NCBI GenBank assembly: GCA_000320545.1
Contig: ADNK01003479.1
Location: forward strand, 1-64,000
Reading direction: 5' to 3'
From: Bigelowiella natans CCMP2755
Taxonomy: Eukaryota; Protista; Cercozoa
DNA: 64,000 nucleotides
Below the pieces are notes generated by a model. The model was not told where the DNA came from, did no database searches, and saw only the letters and a program-made list of their open reading frames with translations. Below are positions 27,250 to 41,623 of this stretch, piece by piece (position 1 is the stretch's first letter; each line of letters opens with the position of its first letter). Position numbers and translations under genes: made by a program.

Positions 27250-29641
27250 TTAATTTTCCAATTTCATTTTGAAAATGTTTTGAGCTTGTTCGGAATCTGA
27301 TAGAGCCTAAACATCACCCAAAAAACCGCAAATTGTTACGATACCTGTCTTTTTATTAAAGATACACATGTGCCATTTGTTACGATACCTGTGTCTTTTT
27401 ATAAAGATACACATGTGCCATTGATGTCTCACTGATGTCTTACTAGTAGTAGCACTAGAACCTTTTTCTCCATGATCTCCTCAAGAGCATCCCACCATTG
27501 AAATAGTAATCCAGATTCAGCAATCATAGTGAACCAAGGAGTCAACTGGACCATCTCTTGTGTTTGTCCGTCTCTTGAAATCATTTGCCTTTGTTTTACA
27601 AGTTTAGTGTCGAACGACAAATGTGAGAAAGATGGAAGTGAAGCAAATAACAGAAACAGTAATGATAAGCAAGAGTGATTATTATTGTCGTTTGGAGTGT
27701 TTTCCCACCTTGTTTGGAGAATATTTTTTAACTCGGTACTACTAACGTATCTCGTCTTAAAGCAAAAGTTGTAGATTCAGAAATCAGTAGTTTGTAATTG
27801 TTTTACATGATACTATTCGTTATGCTTCTAATGAAAATAATCTACAGTATTAATGCAAAAATCGACGATATATATGACCGTATCATATATTAAATTTGTT
27901 TCATCATGGGGTGGCAGCAGCAGCAGCATATATGGTAGGACGCAGCAGACATCATCATAAATTGTCGTCTTGTTGGAGAGATATATATGGTAGGACGCAG
28001 CAGACATCATCATAAATTGTCGTCTTGTTGGAGAGATTAATATGCTGTATACGAAGGATGAGGTAGATTTCTCATATAAGCAAAGAAATCACGACGAATA
28101 CTGACAATATATCAATTGATGAACACAGAAGATACCTCACTAACTTCATTCTGGTTTATATTTTCAAGTTCAGGAATAGCAGCCTATTACGGCAGAAGCA
28201 AACGAGATAACAGGGGGGAGAAGATGGGTGAACGAAAACTCTTTTAGCATTAACAAAGACAAAAAACAAAAATCCGTCATCTTTTTAATGTATATATAAC
28301 ATTATTTGAAAAGAAATAAATGGTGTAATTAACAACCTTTTGTGCAAAAAGAATATAATCAATCTCATGTTCTCCCCACGTTGTATCTGAAGGTGCCTGA
28401 TGAATGTATGTATTTGCGATGAGTCACAAATAAAGCAAACCTTGTAGTAGGCAATAGCTTTCACATGGGTGTGTGATTCGTGAGGGCTTCATTTTAAATA
28501 GAAGATTATAGCGGTGGAGCAACAAGTTTTTACCTTATAGATTATGCGGGTTAAAAACACAAGATCATCAAGAGAAATCATGTTTTGTGAAATCCCAAGT
28601 TCGTGCTCAAGCTTGCGACAAGCAGCACGCCTTACACCAAGATGGTTATTTCCTTCTTCCATTTCCTCCTTCCGATATAGTGGGTGGGAACAACATGTGT
28701 TTGTCCACCTGAGAAGTGTTGTCATTATAATTGACAGCAGAAATGAGTGGCTATGAAAGAATGTGTCAGAAGAAACACAAAAATACTCACGTGTCAGGGA
28801 AAGTTATCTTTTCACTCGCTCGCTTTTGCAGAAGCAAACGGCCTTGTTGATCAAAGACAAAAACTGAGAAGGCACGGTGGAGGGCGTTGCCTGTAATACA
28901 AACAAGAAGGCCACAATGGTAAAGCATCATTTCTTATTAGGATATTGAAGGAATAAATATTTGACTGCAAGACCTTTGTCAATATTTTCCAATAAATGGG
29001 ATTCTAACTTCGAAGAGTGACCAATGATTTCATCATTCTCATTAACAAGGATGCATTCTTCCCTCATCAAGTCAGCTTGTGTCGGATCGACCCCATCCAA
29101 TGGCGATGATGGTGATGATGTTGATGTGGCAAAGCTAGGAGTCGTAGGAACGAAATTACGATGGGAAAAACTAGAGTGAGCAGATTTACTAGCGAAGAAT
29201 ATGTTTGGCGGTAGTAATGAATTTGACCATCGAAGACGGTTTACGTATTTGCTGCTTCTGGTAGCCCTCATTGGAATCATCCTGTAACAACAATACTCAT
29301 TACCACCATGCAAGTTGGTGACCACAGGAGTAACTTCATGGCTATGAAGAATTGCGCAATCAATTAAAGCACCTCATTATGACAAAACTAACTATTGAGT
29401 TCATCGAATTCTCTACTCTGTTTGCCCGAGAGTTGATCGTAATTGAAATTGCACACCGGAAAGTAAGAGAAGACGTTGCAAGTACGTCAAGTACTAAGTT
29501 TATCTACCTTTGGGAGGGGGCCATGGAGGTGGTGGCCAAAAACTTTTGTTTACTCAGCATCGTTATTCTTATTCCAACAACGAGGAGAAAGATTAAAAGA
29601 AAATTTGAAAGTGTTGGGACACACCGGTACCCCACCACCAT
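27250..29641 (-). CDS. IDI: Isopentenyl-diphosphate delta-isomerase type 1 with bipartite plastid-targeting leader
   Basis: Nine in-phase GT-AG exons: [26 protein letters not shown]... (29641-29508), ...[22 protein letters not shown]...[53 protein letters not shown], ending KMKLEN* at 27250. Confidence 0.95.
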
Positions 29642-29676
29642 TTCCTGGTCCTCCACTGATTTAGTAGGGGTAGGAT

Positions 29677-29717
<41 letters not shown>

Positions 29718-30052
29718 AGTTAGTTAGTTAGTTATTCTGTTCGCGCCCTTGACTTCCCAGCTATGTTGTTACAGGGGATTTTTTGTTAGTTAATTTTTAA
29801 CAACGAAAATATCTTCCTCAGAAACGAAAATATCTTCCCCACCTCTCAAAATGGAAAATTTGAATAAGGACTTCAAAATGTACAAACAAAATATGTATTT
29901 GTAGAAAATGTAGGCTTTTTTAAAAAATGACGCAATCTGAACTTCGATGTTTACATCTTGTTTCTGCGCAAGTGAACCACCCCCTTCCAAACATCAACCA
30001 ACCGGACTTTCCAACGCGAGTCCAGCTCGCGTCGTGCGCGCTGACGGCGAGA

Positions 30053-30307
30053 ATGGATCGCTCGCAGCAAGATGCTTGCTGTGGATTCCTTCTCCTGGTG
30101 GTCCTGGCTCTTTTTGGACTAACACTGGTAGGGGTGGATCTCCCGTTCGTCTTCTTCTCCCTGTGTGCCGCCATCGGCAAGGCGTCCGGCTTTACACTCA
30201 TATTCGTGGGTGCTGTGCTGTCCTGCACTGGAGTTGGATTGATCATTGGCGTACCTCTCATATTTTGCGGTGCCGTGTTGTTGTTTATCATCTATCCGTC
30301 TTTCTAA
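30053..30307 (+). CDS. Small intronless hydrophobic membrane protein (84 aa)
   Basis: MDRSQQDACCGFLLLVVLALFG...GAVLSCTGVGLIIGVPLIFCGAVLLFIIYPSF; about 3 hydrophobic segments, higher GC, no microsatellites. The ORF is open from 29927. Confidence 0.55.
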   Translation: MDRSQQDACCGFLLLVVLALFGLTLVGVDLPFVFFSLCAAIGKASGFTLIFVGAVLSCTGVGLIIGVPLIFCGAVLLFIIYPSF

Positions 30308-30739
30308 ATGGGAAGCAGAAGGTTTTATGAAGAATCACCGCAAGTAGGAATGAATGTGTGTGATAATCATCATATAAAACTTTGCTAAAATCCTTTTGCT
30401 TTATACATACCATCATCGCAACATACATAGCAGTCCCATAGCATCGCATATCGCCTCGCAACATGTATACATACATAGCACAGCACATAGCACGGCACGG
30501 CACATAGCACGGCACATAGCACATAATGACATCGTATGCTTCTTCATTTTTTATTAGACCCCCACTTTAATTAGTGTTTTTTCTTAACCTCATTCATTTT
30601 ATTGTTAATGAGAGATTATAGGTACTTTAAAAAAACAAACTTTTTTTTGTAATGCATGCACATGTGTACACATGTACACATCATGTACACACATAACTTA
30701 TACATGTGTACCCCCTCCCCTGAAAAACACCCCTTAGAA

Positions 30740-32090
30740 ACATAAGCATGATGATGCAATGTGATGCAGCATGATGATGCAGTCGCACAATGCTGTCGCA
30801 TCGCTTTGCGAGCAGGTGGGCTCTGCCCACATCGCAGATGCCGCCATTGGCGGTCATGATGATTGTCATCACATGTTACTTGCACATCACACACCACGGG
30901 GCCGGGGGCGTGCAGTGCAATGGTGAACGCGCACACCACAACAAGTCACGGTCGATCGACCAACGCAATGCCCGCATGGCAGAACGCACAATGCGGATCG
31001 GTTTTGTGCACTTGGTGCATCGCTGCCGCCTGCGTGATGCTGACCAAACGGGCACCGTGCTCAGTGACTCGATCACTCAGCGCAGCGCAGCTTCGTTGCT
31101 GTTTGGTGCACAACTGCATCAATCCCGGTGACGAGTGGGTTTTGAACAAACTGTGCTTTGCGCGTGCGGCCTGGCGCGCTCAATCGTTGCAATTGGACAT
31201 TGGAAGCACACTGGAGCCTGTTTGAGGTTCAAATTTGATTTTTTTTTCGAATTTCAGCTTGAAAACCTCACTTTTCAACGCCTGCCAGCGGGCGAAAATT
31301 GAAAAATTCTTGCCACTTTTGAACACGCTGGCGCATTTGCATTTGCGTGCCACAAGTTTTGCAAGCTCATGAGGGTGTGTGCACACTGCTGGACTGGCTT
31401 CATGGACGTGCGAAGTTTCAGCACACGCACGCAAAAAGCATGCACCTGGGCGCGCGTGGGCGCGCAGGTGTGTGCTCAATGACCCTCAATTGAAAATTCA
31501 TGCCATTCGTTGCACGTTTGACACAGTTGTGTGCTTGTGGTCGCCAAGCAGCACACCTCGCACACTCACACGTACGTCACACTGGCACACTCACAGGCCG
31601 GCAGCAGCGTCGCGAAACGAGTGCAATGTCACAATCGCGCCAGTGCGAATTGCAACAAGTGTTCAAACGTGAGCTGTGCAAGCAAACCTGGAAGTTCACG
31701 ATTTGTGGTCTGATGGCGGTGCAGCCGCCAATGCGTTTGCGTTGCGCACGCACGTGCAGCCACGCATCGGCAGCGCTCGACGTTCACTTGCACCAGCACG
31801 TGCACGATCATCACAGATCGGATGTTGCACAGCTAGACAGGCTAGCAGGGAGAAAACTGGCATGGATGTTTGTCACGCTGTGGCACGGTCGTGCACGAAC
31901 CGTTCTGGCGTTTTGTGCACGCATGGAGGTTCAGAGCAATGCATGGTGTTTCGCGCACCATCTTCATCAGGTGAAACTGAAGAGCACAAGTTGCCATGAT
32001 GGCAGCTAGCTAGCTAGTAGTTGCAGAGGCAAGAGCACATGCTTCTGCGAGGTGAGCTAGTGAGCCCGCATTGGCAGCATTCGAAAATGC
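30740..32090. other. Strongest TpA-depleted island
   Basis: Only 4 TA between 30781 and 32000 (TTAC, GTAC, 2x CTAG); none between about 30879 and 31572. Confidence 0.95.
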
Positions 32091-32565
32091 TGATTAAGTC
32101 AGCTTCAAACCTCTAGAAAGTGATCGCATTGCTATCGAATTCGCAAACAAAATTTTCCCATTCATTTGCAGCATTGATCAGGTGTTGATCCATCTCTAGA
32201 CACTTTACGTGCGTTTTATTCCGTTCACCACCGCTGGGAGATCACATGCAATTCACATTCGTATCATAAAATGTGCTAAGCGAAGAGCCTATCGTTATTA
32301 TCCACGTAGTTGTCCTCTCCCTGGAATATTGTTATAATTGAGAATTTATACTGATAGCAATAGATGCATTATTGGTTACTTGTACGGTCATACTCTGCAA
32401 TAAACCAAAGACAAGTTCTGCTAAGTCCACTACTACAAAGACAAGTTCTGCTAAGTCCACTACTACTACTACTACTACTACTACTGGTACTCCTCCAAGT
32501 ACTCCTATTAAGTACAATACTACAACTACCACTACTATAACTACTTTAACTGCTACTACTCCTCC

Positions 32566-32888
32566 TCATCCTACTACTACTACTACTACTACTACTACCA
32601 CTAATAAATATACAACTACCTTGTGAGCTACTACATCAGGATGATGCTGGGGCTGCTGACCAGAGGATCCTTTATTATTATTATTATTATTATTATTGTT
32701 GTTGTTATTATTATTGGTAGCAGAAGGCTTTGTAGTAAGGCGTTTCCTTCTAAGCAGCTTCCCTTTTTTTGCTAGATCTGACATTATTAAACATATAATA
32801 AATACGAAAGAGAAGAATAATGAAGCAGAGAAAGTGAGAGTGCATGTATGTGCGTGTATGTGCGTGTATGTGCGTGTATGTGCGTGTA

Positions 32889-32963
<75 letters not shown>

Positions 32964-34578
32964 CTCAATCAATTGGTGATAGATGTCATCATCTTCGTTC
33001 GAAAACATCATACACATCATCTAAATGGCAATAGAGTACGGTACATAGGCGACCTTGTGATCTTTTGACTTTTTCTTCTCTTTTTTGTTGTCGATACATG
33101 TATAGAAGGGTCTTTGCGTCGAGAGCTTTTTCAGCCACTGATAATGTGGTTGGTGATGATGAAGAAGAGGAACAAAAATAATACATATTTTTATCAGAAA
33201 CAACAAGAATTAGTAGAAGAAACTGAAACAATAGATAACTCGCAAGGATTTTTCTCTTCTTCTACTCTCTCTAATTTATCATAAATGACTCTTCTCAAGA
33301 ACATTCTCATTATAGTTTTTCTTCATTTCCTAATATTTCTTCTTCTTCTTCTTCTTCTTCTATGAACAATGTGTATGTGAGTGTGTTTTTCTTCCTTCTT
33401 ACGAGGATTTCTTGGATCATTTCTCCATGTTGGTATTCTGACTGCATCGTCTCTCTTTGTGGTCTTCTTCGAAGAACGACGACGATTCATTCCGACATCA
33501 ACAACTTAAACAACAGTAAGCAGAAGCAAACGCTATAATTAGATCTTCTTCTTCTTCATCTTCTTCTTCATCTTTCTCCTCATACTACTCCATATGCCAA
33601 CAACTTCCGACTTGCACAACAAAATTTTGGTGATCATCATCGAAGGCAGCATTATTAGCTTCCTATCTACGGCACGATATGGAGTAACTAACGCCTTCTT
33701 TTTAATCGATAATTGATACTCTTTTTTCCAAAGTCCACCCTCATTTTGCAGGAAGTAGCATCATTATCAATCATTTTAATCGTCAATATGTATAGTCACT
33801 CCCCTTCCCTCCTCCTCTTCCCCCCTCTGCTGACGTGTTGCCCAGTCTCAGTCCGTCATCATGATCATTCTACTTATCAACAGCTTACTTTGTTATGAGT
33901 TAGATAATAATATACCCCTACCGTGATGATCCAACGATGCTGCTGCCGCTTCCTCTTTGAAATTTCTTTTCTCGTTATCCTCCACATCATCAAGTGACGT
34001 TGGTGGTAAAGGAGCTGTCAAAAGCAACTCCTTTTCCACTGAAATATGGCGCCACTGCTCATCATAACCATCCACCGAGGAGTGAAGTAGTAGTACCAGA
34101 TGATGGTCATGAGAAAGAAGAAACAAAAGACAACACCAGAAGTAGGAAGAAAGAGATGCGAAAGAGTAAGGAATAAAATTATAACATCCAATTGTACGCA
34201 AAGAAAAGAGGAAGTGGAGATAATCGAGAAGAAAAAGAAAGAAATCATACAATTAGTGATAATGATAATGATGATTACGATCTAAACAATCTACGTTAAT
34301 GCTGCTGCATGAAGCACATCTAACGCAATGACGATTGAATGAGGAGCAGAAGGAAGCTACTTCGCGATAAAACCCCTGCTACTACTACAATTCCTTATAA
34401 TACAGCAACAAGCAAGCTTGCATGGAAAATAATGGGAGAAAATAATATAACAGCTTCAAACTCAAGTAGTAGTAGTTAGTAGTAGTAGTAATTATCACAT
34501 GATGATATTATAATATATGGAGGTTAGAATAGTAATAATTATCATATTATATTATAATATATGGAGGTGTAAATAAAG

Positions 34579-34611
<33 letters not shown>

Positions 34612-35210
34612 TACTTTGGATATTACTTTCTAACTTTACGGTGGTAGTAGTAGTAGGTATAAGTAGCAAGTTGTTAAAGGAGGAGGAGAAGTGAATCAAC
34701 TACTACCAGTATGTATGTTGATCGTTGTGTGGTTGGTGTTCTTTACTACTGTCCTTTAACTACTCTGAATAAAGTCGTCCAACTGTCCTCTAACTACCTT
34801 GAATAATAAGTCGTCTAACTAAGTAACTAAATAAATAAATAACTAACCGCAGGTTGATGCCTCAATTTATATACTAAAGGGGCAGAGGGTCCTATTCCTG
34901 ATGATTGTAAGTAGTAGTAGTAGAAGTAGTAGTAGTAGTAGTAACAGTAGTAAACATCAGAAGCATGACTGTCCAATAGCAGCAGTCCGTACGCCTATAC
35001 ATGCGGAGTAGCGAAATCTTTACAATAACAGAAGAAGAGGTTTGTGAATTCAATTTCGTTATCACCATGAGAGCTATGTGGTGGATTATTTTATCATCAT
35101 GAGTGCTATGTGGTGGATTATTTTCCTTCTTCTTCTTTCCTGATACAACACCAGCACACCTCCTACTGATGATTCTATTTTTCCAAAACTATTACTACCA
35201 TTACCACTAC

Positions 35211-35247
<37 letters not shown>

Positions 35248-36809
35248 GGTAGCCCCTTTGCCAAAGTACTGAGACTGTCTGAAGATGTGCATCCTTGCAA
35301 CTTCCATTAGCGTCAGATTCTTATCGCAGCACACGCGTAGATATTGCATATTTATCCTAGCAATCCTTTTTCTGGTGTATTGGTGTAGAAGTACAAAATA
35401 GTAGTGGGTGAGTGAGTGGGTAAGCGACTCTCTTCTTGGAAGTACTACGTGGTTCATACCTACTGCCCTACTACTAACTAAGTGGGATCATCATCATCAC
35501 CAATGTAATAATAATAGTAATTATAATATAATAATAATAATTTTTTTACCGGTGCTGGTTCACTAGAGGGCAGTGAAACGTGTTCTTGCAGCAGATGACG
35601 GAAAGGGGTAAGAGGTCAGAAGGAAGTTGTCAGGGTTGATGATACAGATATAACAAATAATTAGTTGATGACGAGAATGGGAGCAGAAATGGTGTTCATA
35701 AAAATCGCAGTTACAACATAATCTATTTGTGGTAACAAATCATAAAGTAAAAATTTCATGCTTCATCTTCTATTTCCACTTTTTCTTTTCTTCTTCTTCT
35801 TCTTCTTCTTCTTCTTCTTCTTCTTCTTTTCCCCACATGATCACTTGAGTGCTGATGATATCGACATGAGAAGATGATATCATCCATGGGTTGTTTATTG
35901 CTCACGCCTATTAATGATGATGATAGTAATAATAATATAATAAGTTGATAAAGATGAAGCGCTGCTGCTGCATTTAAATCAAACAGGACAGTAGTAACAG
36001 GATTGAGAAGGAGGAAGAAAAGAAGGTACGTGACGTATAACAAGAGGAGATAGATACGACGAGTAGTACCAGTATTACTATTTGAAATAGGATGATGTTA
36101 GCAAATGAATACTGATCATACCATCATCTCCTTTGATGATACGATATAAATCTTCTTTTTCTGTGTTTTGACTGTCAATTGCATGATAATTTATACATGT
36201 GCACTCTTTTGTGTACTGTAGTTGTACTAGTAGTAGTAGTTGTTGTTGTACACATGATGGCAATGACAAAAGGGGAGGGGGGAGGAGAAAGTGAAGGAGA
36301 AAGAGAGGTGGGTAAGTATTTAGGAGGTTGGCTGGCTGCTCCGGTCTCCTCCACGAAGCAAATTTAAGCATAAAAAATAAAAATAAATAATGTAATGATA
36401 ATACCAAAGTCAGGATTTGGTGCCCCGTAAATTTGTCCACATTTGAGGCAAAAGTTTCTTCCCCTCAATCTAATGCAGCAATAAAAAATCAAAGAAAGAT
36501 AATGAACATAATGAGCATTAGGACGACTACACGCAAATCAGTGTTTGTGCTTCATAAATCGCGTAGTAGTAACCCCTTCTTCTTCTTTTTCTACTACTAC
36601 TACTACTACAACAACAACGACAACTACTACTACTACTACTACTACTACTATATGATTATTCTTAATCTTTTGCAAGAACTTCTATTCTCCTCCTCTCCTT
36701 CTCTTTTTTCTATTTTTCTCTCTCCCTCTCATTGCTGCTTTAAACAGTGGTCAGTATAGCTTCTTACAACAGTTGTTCACAGGCGGCTAAATAGCTTATA
36801 TATAGTGTG

Positions 36810-36847
<38 letters not shown>

Positions 36848-37508
36848 GATATATAATATCGCTGTTCGGTTCTTGAAAACGTTTGTTCTTCCCTCCTCCT
36901 CCTCCTCCTTGATGATGATGATCATCAACACTTTCACCACTACCACCACCACGACAAGACATCTACTACTACTATCAATAGACCTTTTGTAATTCCAGCC
37001 TCCACAGATCTGATGACCATTAAACAAATCATTATCATCATCATCATCATCATCGTCGTCGTCGTCGTATAAATATAATATTACATATAAATGTATCAAT
37101 ACTACACAACAAAACACAAAGAAGTAGATGCAAAGGAAGGTTACGATGACACAAGAGACTGTCGTATTCGTCATTATCATCCTCCACTTATCATTATTAT
37201 TTCAATATCTTTCACTGTTATAGGATAATCAGCAGGAAGGGGACACATGTAAACCACACCTGCATCATATCATCATCACCTTCTTCTTCTTCTTCTTCTT
37301 CTTCTCATCGACTTATTGCATCAATTAAGTATTTACATCATCTTACCTTGCACTTCCATTTCTTAGGAGTATTTCTTTCCCAACGATTCAAATCTCTTAT
37401 CCATCTCTATGAATAATAATGCGGATGTTCTTAGGTGTATTTCTTTCCCAACGATTCAAATATCTTATCAATCTCTATGAATAATATGATGATGTTTAAT
37501 CGAATGTG

Positions 37509-37546
<38 letters not shown>

Positions 37547-37863
37547 TGTGTGTGTTAGTTTGACCTTTAACACCAAAGGATTTTGCTCGATATACTCGGT
37601 CATATCAGGTGCTGAATAAAAAAAACAATAATAATATAGTAGTAGTAGTAGTAGTAGTAGTAGTAGGGACAATAATAGCCTTATCATCAACATCAAGACG
37701 AACAACAACACTCTAACATTCTCTTTCAGGCTATTACGTCTGCTTCATTTCAAAGCAATAATACTTTATAATCAGACTACAACTACTACTTCGCATGATC
37801 CATTTCATAGCAATATAATAATGATAATGGTGATCATATATCTGCTGTCACATCATTTAGAAA

Positions 37864-37894
<31 letters not shown>

Positions 37895-39613
37895 GAGAAA
37901 TTAGAATGATAATAATGATAAAGCAGCACAAAAAAGCACACATATATTCTGACCGTCGGTTGGCATAGGTGGAAGAGTTCCTTCTTTAAGTATCAATGAT
38001 TGCTCTCTTCGGACTAATAATTCATTACCATGTAATAATAAGATGATAACTATGATGATGATGATGATGATGATGATGATGCTATGATGGATGGATGATG
38101 ATGACGCAACAACATGTAGTATATACATTATTCTACAACAACTATCACGTTCCTACTCCTTTTCCCCCTCTTCCTCCTCCTCCCTTCCACTTAATGGTAG
38201 TACAACTACTTGAATGGTTGCAATGGAGCTCTCCCTTGCTTATTTATAATTCTGTTGGCTAATACTGTTATTACTAGTACTTAGTGATGATTTATTACTA
38301 AATGCTGGTTGTCTTAATAAGGATGCATTAAATCTTTTCCTTCTTGGGACTAATTCTTCAATCGACTTGGAACATTGTGAGAAATATGTATTAGTGTATT
38401 GTTGCACAGTAGGATGATGATAATGATGACGATGATGATGATGATGATGACGATGATGATGATGATGATGATGATGCAAAGGATATATTATGTGCCATCA
38501 TCATAATATTAAACATCACACCATCATCATCCTCTCCATCATCATGCTATCACTACCTCAGGCCGAAGCTTTCCCCATCGTACCAATTGAACACGTTTCC
38601 TCACACACTTTCCGCCTATGTATTTGTTTTATGTGAAAAAGAAGAAGAAGAAGAAGAAGAAGAAGAAGAAGAAGAAGAAAAATGAGAAGGAGGAGGAGGA
38701 GAAGGAGGATGAGGAAGGAAGATACGATAAGCAAGAAGCGGGATCAAAGTCGTATTCTCTAGAAATAATATCAAACTAGAAATATGATGGCTAATTATTA
38801 TGGGTTGTTGCTGCAGAAATATATGAAGAGGGTTGGTTCTCATTAATGTTGTATCAACACGAACTAACTAGGACTTACAATTCAAAGAAGCGTATGTAAT
38901 AGTAGTGTAAGGGGGGTTGATATGAAGAAATTCAGCATTTTTATGACATATGTACATGTAGCAGCGGAAGAAAAATGATCAATTGGAGGTGATCGAATAT
39001 ACTATGTATGTTGTTTAAATACGAACAAGGGCATCGTCGTGTCGCTGGGAGGTGCCATTTTTTCCTAATATAGTCGTAATCTTGGTTGGTTATGTGTTCT
39101 TCTATAAGTAGATTGAAATGATAACACCGTCGAGAAACTACAGCAAACTATTACAACAACAACAACAACTAATAATAAACCTCCAGAACAGTTTGTGTTT
39201 GGAGGAGGACACGTATCATCATCCACCTGGATTTCAAATTTTCGGTAGGCCTTGTTCTTGCGTGCGGCATCTTCTCCTATTATACAAATACATGCATACG
39301 CTGAATGAGTAATAAACACATAAGTAAGTAAGGAAAAAGTAGTGAAATATGAAGGAGGAGGAGGAGGAGGACGACGACGACGAGGAGAGGAAGAATATCT
39401 CTAAGAATAGCTGTTTATGATAATATCGAATTATTTACCAAATGGCCCTCTATTTGAGATGGAAATAGCTGTTTATTATTATTCCAAAATCATATCGAAG
39501 AGGCAACAGCAAAATGAATTATAGCAGCAGAGAATCACGATGATCCTCCTGATTAGCGGTGATGGTGGTTCTTCTTACCACACTAAACAACATGGATGAA
39601 GAGACTCCAGTGA

Positions 39614-39653
<40 letters not shown>

Positions 39654-39973
39654 GATAAAAGTACCTTCTGCTGCCTTCCCACCCTCACCTCTTCTCGGAA
39701 TGAGGATGAGTACTTGCGGTTATTCTTGCCACTAAGCTGCTCTGGTCGCCGTCGTATTGGTTTTGAAGCACCCATCATTGAACCCACATTCACCACAACA
39801 ATTATCCCTTTGTTGTGTATGGACGAGGTGAACATTATCTCTGCAACTGCCGTCAATACTAATGTTAGCAGCAACACAGTCGTCAATGTCCCCCCCCTCC
39901 AAGACCTTCCCCACAGATATGATGATGCTTCCATTCTTGCCATTGATGTTGTTGTCGCTGCTGCGTCTCTCAA
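32566..39973 (-). CDS. Hypothetical multi-exon protein (one gene or more) with N-terminal hydrophobic leader
   Basis: Many short coding-like segments between microsatellite introns, e.g. TTVLLLTLVLTAVAEIMF, APDMTEYIEQNPLVLK, RIARINMQYLRVCCDKNLTLMEVARMHIF, VAEKALDAKTLLYMYRQQK. I could not join the full reading frame or recognise a family. Confidence 0.45.
37360..37485. repeat. Tandem duplication (~58 bp) of most of a small exon plus its acceptor
   Basis: ttcttaggagtatttctttcccaacgattcaaatctcttatccatctctatgaataat repeated with 3 mismatches. Confidence 0.85.
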
Positions 39974-40260
39974 CCCTTACTATTCCAAAATGGAGGTTGA
40001 CGAGTTTATAGAGATTAGATAACATTAACTGCAAGCAAGAGGTAGTATTAACAATGGCGGTGGTACTTCTGGTTCTTTGCTGAACCTGAGCACCATTGTT
40101 TGTTATGAGATATTGATCCGACGACGTCTATGTAAATGTATGCCGTTTTATCATAACTTCTTGCTAAATACATTGTCGCATGTATAAAATAGAGAAACAT
40201 GATAAGAATATTGCCCTTTCCTCTTTACGTCTTGATATAATTGTTGTCGCTCATCTCTAA

Positions 40261-40787
40261 ATGGGGATCATCGATGATCTACCACTTTTGATCATTACCC
40301 GACCGACGAAGGAGGAGAAGGGGATGATTATTCATCATGATGCCATTATTCTGGAAGAGGAGGAAGAGGAGGATGTGTATCAAGATTGCACTTCTTTGCT
40401 CCATAATTGTTCTCTTGGATTGTTATCGAAGTGCGATGATAAAAACTTTATTTTCATGATACATTCTCGCTGCTTCTGCTGATGCATGCCTTACGTTTGA
40501 ATGATGATTATCTCAATGAATAATAATAATAATAGAAATATATTTTGGTGCTATAATTATGACTGTAGGACGAATGTTGAAAAACCAACAGAGAATGATG
40601 ATGATAATGATGAAACAACAAGGCTATGGTGATGGTCATCATGGTTTTGATGGAGGAGGAGGAGGAGGAGTAGGAGGAGTAGACCACGGTGCTACTTCGA
40701 CTATAACAACAACAACACAACAGCATCAGGGCACTACTACCACTACTGCTACTACTTCTGCAGTCATAGAAGACGACAAGCAATGCG

Positions 40788-40828
<41 letters not shown>

Positions 40829-41585
40829 GCAATGTTGTTGTCTCCTCACACCTTGAAGACAAAACCAGAAGAAGAATTCAAAAGAACAACAAGCAGCAAA
40901 TCAGATGACTGGAAACCGTCACAGACGAAACTTAAACAACTGACTGCTAACAACGACAAAGATGAAGATGCGATGGAAGAGGAGGAGGAGGAGCATAATC
41001 ATCACGATGATGATAATAGCTGTGATGATCAAGCTTTGTGGGTTGACAAGCATAGGTTAATCTTCCTTCAGTAGAAGAAATAGAAGAGGACGAAAAATTA
41101 TAATAATAAGAATATTATTATGATATTTAGATGATGGCCATGAAGATATAATATTATATACATATAAATATATATGGATCGAATATTTTTGAACAAATAG
41201 AATAACATCAAAGATAAAATGTACTGCTACCTTATTTTATTCTTCCTCATATTAGTTGTCAGCATGGAACGATGCTGCTGTACTTATTCGATAATTAACA
41301 ATTTCGGATTACGATGATGAGTGAATCAGATATTACTTACTATTTATTGGGGATATGGATGAATAATATAATTTATATAAGCACCATCACCACAACCACC
41401 ACAATACTACTACTATTACTATAACTACTACTACTGATACTTACTACTACTACTTACTACTACTTTACATTTTGAATGAGGAAGGCCAAGGAGGAGAGAG
41501 GATTTGGTTGGCAACAAGGACACCGTGGGTGATGACGACGATGATGATAATCTTAATAAAACCGATAACAATATGTACATCATTC

Positions 41586-41623
<38 letters not shown>

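Noticed and set aside
31222-31489. Possible short inverted repeat ttgaggttca / tgaccctcaa
   Set aside because: Only 9/10 bp and does not extend; could be chance.
30616-32009. Dense overlapping ORFs on both strands
   Set aside because: A by-product of missing TAA/TAG; Cys/His/Ala/Met-biased with no recognisable domain.
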